From IMG/VR virus record IMGVR_UViG_2698536471_000008: a DNA stretch of 36,707 nucleotides; one strand, given 5' to 3'. This stretch comes from a virus. Taxonomy: Duplodnaviria; Heunggongvirae; Uroviricota; Caudoviricetes. The position numbers were made by a program, and so were the translations under genes. How positions within the stretch are numbered: position 1 is the first letter of the stretch; each line of letters begins with the position of its first letter. Below are positions 22,069 through 30,125 of the stretch, piece after piece. The notes beneath the pieces are model-generated. The model saw only the letters and a program-made list of their open reading frames with translations. It was not told where the DNA came from and did no database searches.

Positions 22069-22313
22069 AAAAGCGATACTACACAGTAAAGCATGGGACG
22101 CTACGAGCATTACAAGAGTTTGCTGATAAGCATAACGTTGAGGTGCGCAGGGAAGGGGGAAGTAAAGCTCTGCGCATGTACCGCCCGGACGGGAAATGGC
22201 GGACGGTGGTCGATTTCAAAACTAACAGTGTTCCCCAGGGCGTCCGCGATCGGGCATTCGAAGAATGGGAGCAGATCATCATAGATAACGCATTGCTCCT
22301 GAATGCAGATTGA
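22065..22313 (+). CDS. lxc: Lxc/Bof-like C1 co-repressor (82 aa, by position and size)
   Basis: 82-aa basic ORF translationally coupled to the preceding gene; P1 Lxc/Bof is about this size as I recall. Confidence 0.55.
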   Translation: MKKRYYTVKHGTLRALQEFADKHNVEVRREGGSKALRMYRPDGKWRTVVDFKTNSVPQGVRDRAFEEWEQIIIDNALLLNAD

Positions 22314-22349
22314 CAATTTTGCCCGGAATTACCGGGCAAAATTAAGCAA

Positions 22350-23486
22350 CTATCCTTCGTTACGAAGATGCTTATCTAAGAATTTTGTAAACTGGTTTGT
22401 TGAGCCAAAATAGTTGGGGTAGGCTTTTTTTAGTGACTTAATGTTATCTGTAGCAACGAGAACAGATATCAATACATTAGGATTAGAATCGTCTTTATTT
22501 AAGGCCTCAAGGGCTTCATCTGCTTCTTTTGTTTTAAATGCGCGAACAGACACTAGGAACATTTTTTTGTTTTTTGTATTGGGCTTGTTTTCTGCATTTC
22601 TCATTGTTACTAAGTAATGCCCCTTATGATTTTTTGGCAACTTCTTAATCAAATTCGCGTCAGAAGTTAAATTTAAGGCGATGGTGTATGTGCTTAGTTT
22701 CCTCCGTACAGATAAAGTCCGTTCCAGCTCTTTAAGCTCGCCTTCATACTGAGATACAACTAGCTCATCAAGAGTGCAGGCTTTTTCGTCGTGCGCTACA
22801 AGACATCCGGCTAGATAGAAAAATCGTCTCCATTCTGGATGCCCTTCACTTGAAGTTTTCAGCTTGATACCTTCAAGGGTATCAATTATTTCAAGGCTAG
22901 TAGCCCAAGCATGCTGCAATTGAGTTCTTAACTGTATCTCAATCTTTGTTTTTCGCCACGGATATTGATCCTCTTTCTGATCGAAGCAACTGTATGCAAG
23001 GTGGATTCCACTATAGCCGCTGTCTTTGGGAGTAAGATAATCATACTCTTTAACAATCCTATGAACAGATTTGCTTTTTAAAAGACGTTCCTTTAGCTGT
23101 ATCAACTGGTCTAAGTTTCTGACAATGGCCCTACATCCGCCAACGTCCTGCATCCGTGTTAATTTAATTGCATTGCTAGTTCTGCCTCCATCAAGACTAG
23201 GACGCTCTAGTTTATCTATTATGGTAGAAAGTCGCTTAAGTCTTCTTGCAACGAGAATCTTTTTGTCCTTGTCAACCTTAGCAGCTGCTCTTGCTAAATG
23301 ATTTTTCATGAGCATTAATGGATAAAGATGCAGCTCACGGAAATTTTGTATCATTTCAATAGATTGCTGCCTTTCTTCGTCACTACACCCGTGCCTTATC
23401 AATTGAGCAGCCCTATCAATTTGAGATTTTGAATATTTCAACTTGCATTTTTGACTTTGATAAACTTCATTCCCCATTGCTTTCAT
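22350..23486 (-). CDS. RelA/SpoT-family (toxSAS) nucleotidyltransferase with C-terminal extension; CapRel-type fused toxin-antitoxin candidate
   Basis: Synthetase-domain signatures in order: RRLKRLSTIIDK, DVGGCRAIV, YSGIHL, EIQLRTQLQHAWA; about 150 aa of C-terminal extension; visibly AT-rich single gene occupying the P1 res/mod position. Confidence 0.75.
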   Translation of the reverse strand: MKAMGNEVYQSQKCKLKYSKSQIDRAAQLIRHGCSDEERQQSIEMIQNFRELHLYPLMLMKNHLARAAAKVDKDKKILVARRLKRLSTIIDKLERPSLDGGRTSNAIKLTRMQDVGGCRAIVRNLDQLIQLKERLLKSKSVHRIVKEYDYLTPKDSGYSGIHLAYSCFDQKEDQYPWRKTKIEIQLRTQLQHAWATSLEIIDTLEGIKLKTSSEGHPEWRRFFYLAGCLVAHDEKACTLDELVVSQYEGELKELERTLSVRRKLSTYTIALNLTSDANLIKKLPKNHKGHYLVTMRNAENKPNTKNKKMFLVSVRAFKTKEADEALEALNKDDSNPNVLISVLVATDNIKSLKKAYPNYFGSTNQFTKFLDKHLRNEG

Positions 23487-23579
23487 CCATTTTAAATGAT
23501 TTACATGCTGTTACATCTAATGATAAAGCGGTTAGAAAATCAATGGAGAATGTAACCACAAAATTACTGTATGTAATTG

Positions 23580-24221
23580 TTAAAAATAATTATGCTTGCC
23601 TGTTAATACCCCTTTCGGCACTTTTTTTTGTTCCAGTATCTGGGTGCCCAGAATTATGTTAATCAGTGGACTTAGTAACGATGGTTCTTGGCGGGCCTCA
23701 ACTTCTCCAGCCATTGCCCTGATGTAGTCGGCGCTGGCAACGTTGTTGTATTCCGTCGCAAAGCAACATAGTAACGTCAGAACATGCTCTGTCGTTATTT
23801 CGCTCCAGTTGATGTTGAAAAATTCATCGCCTTTTTTATCGTGTTCGGAATCGAAGATGCTTTGGTGGAGAATGTATTTGCCGGATTCCTTGCGCGGTAA
23901 CTTGATTGCTTTCTGGCGTTCCAGCTCCTTGTAAATCTGCATTGCTTCAATCAGTACCGGCCTGCCGTTCATGAAGGGATCGCGCAACCTTACACGCTGG
24001 CCAACTCGACCAGTAATAAAGCTGTTTTCCTCTTCCACCAGCACGATAAAACCCTTTTCCTCTTTTTCTCGCAATTCGCGCAGCAGCTGGAGTTCCATAT
24101 CGCGGCGGCGTTCAGGGTAGCTGGTCCGCTCAGCCATTATCAGCTCGTTATTGATCCATGCAGCAGTCATTGACGCCGGTTTGCCGACGCTCATCGAAAC
24201 AACGCATATTTTCTTATCCAT
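23580..24221 (-). CDS. mat: Mat-like particle maturation protein (by position)
   Basis: Start taken as the ATG at 24221 (MDKKICV) with GGGGG SD 4 nt upstream; the longer track ORF to 24368 runs through the promoter region and has an implausible N-terminus. Confidence 0.5.
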   Translation of the reverse strand: MDKKICVVSMSVGKPASMTAAWINNELIMAERTSYPERRRDMELQLLRELREKEEKGFIVLVEEENSFITGRVGQRVRLRDPFMNGRPVLIEAMQIYKELERQKAIKLPRKESGKYILHQSIFDSEHDKKGDEFFNINWSEITTEHVLTLLCCFATEYNNVASADYIRAMAGEVEARQEPSLLSPLINIILGTQILEQKKVPKGVLTGKHNYF

Positions 24222-24410
24222 AGCGCCCCCTACAAAAAAGAAAAGCCACCAGCGGCGGCTTAGCAATACAACTGAAGGTAGCGCCCGGTACTCAGACTGT
24301 GCCGTCCATGGAATATTTGAAAAGGGATCCATCCGTACCGGGCATGTGATGATTCTGACTGAAGTCACTTGTCAGTTGTCAATCATTTATCATTAAAAAT
24401 AATATATTTA

Positions 24411-24971
24411 TTAGTGCATGATGTTTGCCATCTCATAGGCGTCAGCCAGTAACTCCATCTCTGACTTGTTCAGCAGGGTGAATTCTTTCTTGCCTCCAAC
24501 CACACCATCGGCATGAACAGGGACCAGCCAGGGGTATTTTGCTCTTACTTCAGCCGGTGCTGCATGCTGGTGGTGCCATCTACAAAGTGGCAATTGCTTT
24601 TTATGACAACCCGGCGCGGTACGACCGGCGATATGGTGCAGAGACACCTCATTAGATATTACTCCATGCATATAGCAGGCAATGCAGGGGAGAGTGCCAA
24701 GAGCATTGGCGATGCGCCGTTCCTCCGCCGTTGGTGTTCTCCCCTTCAAGCCACGAGATTTTATTTTTACCGCGCTTTTCCGCGTTTTGCTGGCTGGTGG
24801 GCGCTCTTTCTGTTTAGCGATACGGCGGTCGATAGTATCCCGCATTTTCTGATATTGAGATTCTCGCCAGACCGGATCAGCCAACTTCTCCCGTTGCCGA
24901 GCGATCGCTCGTTCTCTGGCTGCCTTCTGCCACTTGCGGCACTGTTCAATTTTTTGTTCGATTGTTTTCAT
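24411..24971 (-). CDS. ref: Ref recombination-enhancement HNH-type endonuclease
   Basis: 186-aa product with Cys/His-rich HNH-like core (CIACYMHG...SLHHIAG...CRWHHQH); size matches P1 Ref; C1 operator upstream. Confidence 0.85.
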   Translation of the reverse strand: MKTIEQKIEQCRKWQKAARERAIARQREKLADPVWRESQYQKMRDTIDRRIAKQKERPPASKTRKSAVKIKSRGLKGRTPTAEERRIANALGTLPCIACYMHGVISNEVSLHHIAGRTAPGCHKKQLPLCRWHHQHAAPAEVRAKYPWLVPVHADGVVGGKKEFTLLNKSEMELLADAYEMANIMH

Positions 24972-24977
24972 ATGGTC

Positions 24978-25004
24978 AAAAAAAAGGCGGCCTAATGGCC
25001 GCCT
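24978..25004 (-). terminator. Intrinsic terminator-like hairpin plus U8 tract on the ref-sense strand, ending 6 nt before the ref start codon
   Basis: On the minus strand: AGGCGGCC-ATTA-GGCCGCCT followed by TTTTTTTT, then GACCAT and ATG. Confidence 0.55.
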
Positions 25005-25043
25005 ATGATGTCAAGGAGTGAAGTAATGGCAACGTCTTCGTAG

Positions 25044-25087
25044 TTGACAAAAACTGCGACTCAATTATAGCAACCAATTAGAGCAAT
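25044..25087. promoter_or_regulatory. Divergent promoter region with C1 operator (Op2-like) upstream of ref
   Basis: Operator match ATTAGAGCAAT at 25077-25087; minus-strand TATAAT at 25064-25069; plus-strand TTGACA at 25044-25049. Confidence 0.55.
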
Positions 25088-25192
25088 TAAAGTTGTTTAT
25101 TTATCGCAAATCACATTTTTTCACTTCAGTACCTGTGTGCTATACTCCTTCTTGATTGATTGGATGCGGAATACAAACCCGCTCTTTTGTGC

Positions 25193-25219
25193 AGCCTGGC
25201 TCCTTGCCAGGCTTTTTTT
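25193..25219 (+). terminator. Plus-strand rho-independent terminator with no plus-strand gene upstream
   Basis: AGCCTGGC-TCCTT-GCCAGGCT followed by TTTTTTT; on the minus strand the same hairpin has no U-tract. Confidence 0.65.
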
Positions 25220-25529
25220 ATTTCATCATGGAAGCTGTTAACGCTTTGGACCTTGCTGAACTGATTGAGAGGGCTTTGTCAACGTGCCCCAAAAATTCGC
25301 CAAACTCAGACATCACTTTAGCAAAACCGCGCCGTGCTTCTTCCTCGGTGGCATTCATCACGAAATGTTCAGCACCACGCATACTTTTGACAGGGAACGC
25401 AACGGATATTGAATCAATATCAGGCATTCTATCGCTCAGCTTTACAGTGACAATGACGGCTGGCGACTGAATATTAGTGCTTACAGACAGCACTACATAT
25501 TTTCCGTCGATGTTGAAATCCTTTCTCAT
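25218..25529 (-). CDS. Cra-like protein (cre-adjacent, by position)
   Basis: 103-aa ORF downstream of cre with GGTGA SD 3-4 nt before the ATG; C1 operator-like site immediately upstream. Confidence 0.5.
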   Translation of the reverse strand: MRKDFNIDGKYVVLSVSTNIQSPAVIVTVKLSDRMPDIDSISVAFPVKSMRGAEHFVMNATEEEARRGFAKVMSEFGEFLGHVDKALSISSARSKALTASMMK

Positions 25530-25545
25530 ATGTCACCATAAATAT

Positions 25546-25562
25546 CAAAGAATTAGAGCAAT
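25546..25562. promoter_or_regulatory. C1 operator-like site between cre and the cra-like gene
   Basis: ATTAGAGCAAT core at 25552-25562 (reverse complement ATTGCTCTAAT). Confidence 0.55.
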
Positions 25563-25579
25563 CATTTACGCGTTAATGG

Positions 25580-26611
25580 CTAATCGCCATCTTCCAGCAG
25601 GCGCACCATTGCCCCTGTTTCACTATCCAGGTTACGGATATAGTTCATGACAATATTTACGTTGGTCCAGCCACCAGCTTGCATGATCTCCGGTATTGAA
25701 ACTCCGGCGCGGGCCATATCTCGCGCGGCTCCGACACGGGCACTGTGTCCAGACCAGGCCAGGTATCTCTGCCCAGAGTCATCCTTAGCGCCGTAAATCA
25801 ATCGATGAGTTGCTTCAAAAATCCCTTCCAGAGCGCGAGTTGATAGCTGGCTGGTGGCAGATGGCGCGGCAACACCATTTTTTCTGACACGGCAAAACAG
25901 GTAGTTATTCGGATCATCAGCCACACCAGAGACAGAAATCCATCGCTCGACCAGTTTAGTTACCCCCAGGCTAAGTGCCTTCTCTACACCTGCGGTGCTA
26001 ACCAGCGTTTTCGTTCTGCCAATATGGATTAACATTCTCCCACCGTCAGTACGTGAGATATCTTTAACCCTGATCCTGGCAATTTCGGCTATACGTAACA
26101 GGGTGTTATAAGCAATCCCCAGAAATGCCAGATTCCGTATATCCTGGCAGCGATCGCTATTTTCCATGAGTGAACGAACCTGGTCGAAATCAGTGCGTTC
26201 GAACGCCAATGCCTGTTTTGCACGTTCACCGGCATCAACGTTTTCTTTTCGAATCCGCCGCATAACCAGTGAAACAGCATTGCTGTCACTTGGTCGTGGC
26301 AGCCCGGACCGACGATGAAGCATGTTTAGCTGGCCCAAATGTTGCTGGATAGTTTTTACTGCCAGACCGCGCGCCTGAAGATATAGAAGATAATCGCGAA
26401 CATCTTCAGGTTCTGCGGGAAACCATTTCCGGTTATTCAACTTGCACCATGCCGCCCACGACCGGCAAACGGACAGAAGCATTTTCCAGGTATGCTCAGA
26501 AAACGCCTGGCGATCCCTGAACATGTCCATCAGGTTCTTGCGAACCTCATCACTCGTTGCATCGACCGGTAATGCAGGCAAATTTTGGTGTACGGTCAGT
26601 AAATTGGACAT
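25580..26611 (-). CDS. cre: Cre tyrosine recombinase
   Basis: 343-aa product beginning MSNLLTVHQNLPALPVDATSDEVRKNLMDMFRDRQAFSEHTWKMLLSVCRSWAAWCKLNNRKWFPAEPEDVRDYLLYLQARGLAVKTIQQHL and ending GWTNVNIVMNYIRNLDSETGAMVRLLEDGD, recognised as Cre; loxP lies 419 bp upstream. Confidence 0.97.
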   Translation of the reverse strand: MSNLLTVHQNLPALPVDATSDEVRKNLMDMFRDRQAFSEHTWKMLLSVCRSWAAWCKLNNRKWFPAEPEDVRDYLLYLQARGLAVKTIQQHLGQLNMLHRRSGLPRPSDSNAVSLVMRRIRKENVDAGERAKQALAFERTDFDQVRSLMENSDRCQDIRNLAFLGIAYNTLLRIAEIARIRVKDISRTDGGRMLIHIGRTKTLVSTAGVEKALSLGVTKLVERWISVSGVADDPNNYLFCRVRKNGVAAPSATSQLSTRALEGIFEATHRLIYGAKDDSGQRYLAWSGHSARVGAARDMARAGVSIPEIMQAGGWTNVNIVMNYIRNLDSETGAMVRLLEDGD

Positions 26612-27029
26612 TTAACACTCAGATAATGGTTTTAAGTAAAGTGTACAGGATCGGCTCTGCCTTTACCTGTTTATGGTTCTCGTCATAGAAACGCCAGCGA
26701 CCGCGCGTGCGTTCTATTTTCTCTTCACCGCGCGATAATGACAGTTGACAACTATCACGATCAAACCCTTTTGCCCGCCAGTAACCACGGTTTTTCTCAA
26801 GCTCAAGATGAGTGGACACTTTAGCAGCTGAATATCCCATTTTTCACCTCTGATTGATTGGTGGTGCTAAGTGCGCTACGCGAAATCTGGAGCACTAACA
26901 CTGCCAACATTTCGCAGATTTTACGTAGCGCAACCTTGATCAAATGATCAAGTGATCACTATTTGACCTGATAAGGTATTGAACTGTATGGATTTACAGG
27001 TAAATTGATCATGTTCAATAACCCTTAAG

Positions 27030-27063
27030 ATAACTTCGTATAATGTATGCTATACGAAGTTAT
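27030..27063. other. loxP site (Cre target)
   Basis: Exact ATAACTTCGTATA-ATGTATGC-TATACGAAGTTAT. Confidence 0.97.
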
Positions 27064-27106
27064 TAGGTCCGAAGAGGAGTTTACGTCCAGCTGCGCATAA
27101 AAATCA

Positions 27107-27123
27107 AGAATTATTAGAGCAAT
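27107..27123. promoter_or_regulatory. C1 operator (Op99-type, reverse orientation)
   Basis: ATTAGAGCAAT core at 27113-27123 with adjacent AAATTTT. Confidence 0.6.
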
Positions 27124-27183
27124 AAATTTTGAGAGAAAAATCCCACTCCACCAGCCAAAAACTGGATTGTTTTTCATTGTTGT

Positions 27184-27210
27184 TTGACAATTGCTCTAAT
27201 AAATTATAGT
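27184..27210 (+). promoter_or_regulatory. Promoter with overlapping C1 operator driving the imc-coi-c1 region (P99-like)
   Basis: TTGACA (27184-27189) followed by ATTGCTCTAATAAATTA (27190-27206, 16 of 17 to consensus) and TATAGT at 27205-27210. Confidence 0.6.
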
Positions 27211-27444
27211 TTTGCCGCCGTTTCGTAATACGACTTTGGATTCACTATTTAATGTGTCTTCAGCGTTGTAGAGCGGCTCAGAAGGAAATGAGCAAACAGG
27301 GAAACCTTATACAACGGCATTACAGCTATGCATTGCTCATCTTACACACAGCGCAATGTTGTTAGATTACCCCAGCATGGATCATGGGTGAAACAGTAGG
27401 TCAGAGCTTCAGGCTCTGTGTTGTCAATACAGTGAGGCATAATT

Positions 27445-27654
27445 ATGGCTTTCATTCCACCAACCATCGACGACGTTAGACATTGCTCTAACGCTTTATC
27501 TGTAGACCCTGCCGAAACCGACGCTGCCCGCGCCATTGCTGAACACTACTCAAAGATATCCAATCAGGAGTACCGCATCACCCAAGACGACCTGGATGAT
27601 CTCACTGACACAATCGAATATCTCATGGCCACTAACCAGCCAGACTCACAATAA
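27445..27654 (+). CDS. coi: Coi, C1 inactivator
   Basis: 69-aa product MAFIPPTIDDVRHCSNALS..., recognised as P1 Coi; immediately upstream of c1. Confidence 0.85.
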   Translation: MAFIPPTIDDVRHCSNALSVDPAETDAARAIAEHYSKISNQEYRITQDDLDDLTDTIEYLMATNQPDSQ

Positions 27655-27764
27655 ATGCACTAATAAATCTATTATTTTCGTTGGATCCTTCTATAATGGT
27701 GGCCAACAACTCCCAGTGTAATCCGCTGTGAGTTGTTGGCCATGTCAATTCTGGAGGAGGATCA

Positions 27765-28616
27765 ATGATAAATTATGTCTACGGCGAACAACTGTACCAG
27801 GAGTTCGTCAGCTTCAGGGATCTCTTTCTAAAAAAAGCTGTTGCACGCGCCCAACACGTTGATGCCGCCAGCGACGGTCGTCCTGTACGCCCGGTTGTCG
27901 TTCTGCCGTTCAAAGAAACGGACAGCATTCAGGCTGAAATTGATAAATGGACTTTAATGGCGCGAGAACTGGAACAGTACCCAGACCTCAATATCCCAAA
28001 GACTATTTTATATCCAGTGCCTAACATCCTTCGCGGTGTGCGTAAGGTTACAACTTATCAGACAGAAGCTGTGAACAGCGTCAACATGACCGCTGGCCGC
28101 ATTATTCATCTGATTGATAAGGACATTCGCATCCAGAAAAGCGCGGGGATCAATGAGCACAGTGCGAAATACATAGAGAACCTGGAAGCAACAAAAGAGC
28201 TAATGAAGCAGTACCCGGAGGATGAAAAATTCCGTATGCGTGTACACGGCTTTAGCGAAACAATGCTGCGCGTCCATTACATTTCCAGTAGCCCTAACTA
28301 CAATGATGGTAAATCAGTTAGTTACCATGTGCCGCTGTGTGGTGTGTTTATCTGCGATGAAACTCTCCGTGATGGAATCATCATCAACGGTGAATTCGAG
28401 AAAGCAAAATTTAGCCTTTATGACTCTATAGAACCGATCATCTGCGACCGCTGGCCGCAGGCAAAAATATATCGCCTGGCAGATATTGAAAATGTAAAAA
28501 AACAAATTGCCATCACTCGCGAAGAGAAAAAGGTCAAATCAGCCGCATCAGTTACGCGCAGCCGTAAAACTAAGAAGGGGCAGCCAGTAAACGACAACCC
28601 CGAAAGCGCGCAATAG
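27765..28616 (+). CDS. c1: C1 immunity repressor
   Basis: 283-aa product MINYVYGEQLYQEFVSFRDLFLKKAV..., recognised as P1 C1; strong SD GGAGGAGG; operators of matching consensus are scattered through the window. Confidence 0.9.
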   Translation: MINYVYGEQLYQEFVSFRDLFLKKAVARAQHVDAASDGRPVRPVVVLPFKETDSIQAEIDKWTLMARELEQYPDLNIPKTILYPVPNILRGVRKVTTYQTEAVNSVNMTAGRIIHLIDKDIRIQKSAGINEHSAKYIENLEATKELMKQYPEDEKFRMRVHGFSETMLRVHYISSSPNYNDGKSVSYHVPLCGVFICDETLRDGIIINGEFEKAKFSLYDSIEPIICDRWPQAKIYRLADIENVKKQIAITREEKKVKSAASVTRSRKTKKGQPVNDNPESAQ

Positions 28617-28640
28617 TTTCTATCCGGCATGGTTAATGAG

Positions 28641-30125
28641 TTATTCATTAAGCCATGCCAGAGCTTCATCAACCTGCGCTTCGTCTTCGACGCTAAGCAC
28701 TTCATCCTGGGGAACATAGTTCGCCAACATAGCGAAACAATATGTATCCCAATGGTCCGGTGAGTGCAGGTTGAGTTTTTTCTTCATATCTTCCTTTGAC
28801 ATCACCTTCCATTGACCTGCGGAATTTATCCCTACCGGTATCTTTGATGCTTCCTCTATAGTCGCAGCCCCCTTATCAAGCCTCATACGCCCTGATTTTA
28901 CAGCTTCTGCCGCCTGAATATTCGCGAAAGCGCGCATATCGAAATAAAGGCTTTTATCTTCACGGCTGTGCATCTTTTTACCCCAGCGGATACGCTGGAC
29001 GGTAATGCCATAGCGTTCGTACATTAGATCAGCCGTCGATTTCCCCAAGCCATCGCCATCAATAGCTATGGTTATGTTCGGGAACCGTTCTGGGTTACAT
29101 TCTGCGAAAATCTTGGCGGCTAACTGCGTTTCTGTAACGTCTGTGTATTCCAGCATACGATAGTTGATTACACGGCGTTTATTTCGCTGGCCGGACACCA
29201 TCATGATATTAATAACGGACTTATCTCGTCCTGTGCCACCAGCAACGTCAACACATGCAACCCAGCCCCATCCTTTGGCAATCTTGACCTTTCGCCGCGT
29301 CGCCCGCTCAACCTCATCACGACCAAGAAGAAAGCCATCTTGAGATTTGGGAAATTCACCACGTACTTTGATCATGTACATGGGGTTATCACGACCGCCA
29401 TACTCCGCAAGTTTTGCTCGTATAAATTTTGCATCTACAAGCGGAGATTCTTCACTATTCAGTATTATCGCAGTAAACAATCCATCAGGATTTCCCGGGC
29501 GAATAGCTAGTCTGTGGTGTGAATCGTAGAAATAGCCTGAAGGTCGCGTAGGCTGGGAAAGAAGCAGAATACGGTTATCCTTACCGGTCAGCGCACCTGT
29601 TATCACACTGAATGCTTTATCACTCACACCCGACGCTTCGTCGATGATATACAAGAGATGATCGGCGTGTTCACCAGCCAACGCCTCCTCATTCCCGGGG
29701 CGACAGGACTTTATCAATATTGTCCAAACACCCTTGCCAGTCACCTCAAAAAAAGACGTTTCTGTAAGAATGAAATACTTCGACAACCACGGGAATCTGC
29801 TAACAGCAGTAGCCCAATTGCTCTTTATGTATTTGAAAATACCATCAAGGACTTGCTGTCTTTTGTTAGCGACCAGAATGACGCGAGCGCCGGGGAAAAA
29901 CATGATGAAGAGTATTGCAATGATACTCGTCATATCCGATTTACCAGTACCATGGCCGGAGGTCACACTTGTCCAACTGCCGTCCTGCTGCGTGGACTCA
30001 ATGATCTCATCCTGCTGCCAGGTTGGTGTCTTCCCAAACAACACATCAGCGGCCGCAATCCAGTCATAACGATATAGCGCCACAAGCTCGCGCCAACGTG
30101 GGTCCGTTACGCAACTTCTGGCCAT
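28641..30125 (-). CDS. pacB: Terminase (pacase) large subunit PacB
   Basis: 494 aa; Walker A GHGTGKS, Walker [12 protein letters not shown]-terminal nuclease-like region; adjacent to pacA. Confidence 0.9.

Noticed and set aside
24222-24368. N-terminal extension of the mat ORF (track start at 24368)
   Set aside because: The extension reads as low-complexity, non-protein-like sequence (RRWWLFFFVGG) across the promoter region; the ATG at 24221 has a GGGGG SD.
25156-25470. Plus-strand 104-aa ORF between ref and cra
   Set aside because: It runs straight through the plus-strand terminator hairpin, lies antisense to the better-supported cra-like gene, and has no RBS; more likely the location of a short non-coding transcript.
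27252-27365. 37-aa ORF upstream of coi (possible imc gene)
   Set aside because: P1 has small imcA/imcB genes here as I recall, but I could not identify a convincing start or RBS by eye and cannot match sequences from memory, so no CDS is called.
27482-27498. ATTGCTCTAA 10-mer inside coi, and a similar partial match in pacB (about 29813-29829)
   Set aside because: Only the 5' half of the operator consensus matches (about 12 of 17 or fewer) and both are inside coding sequence; likely chance.
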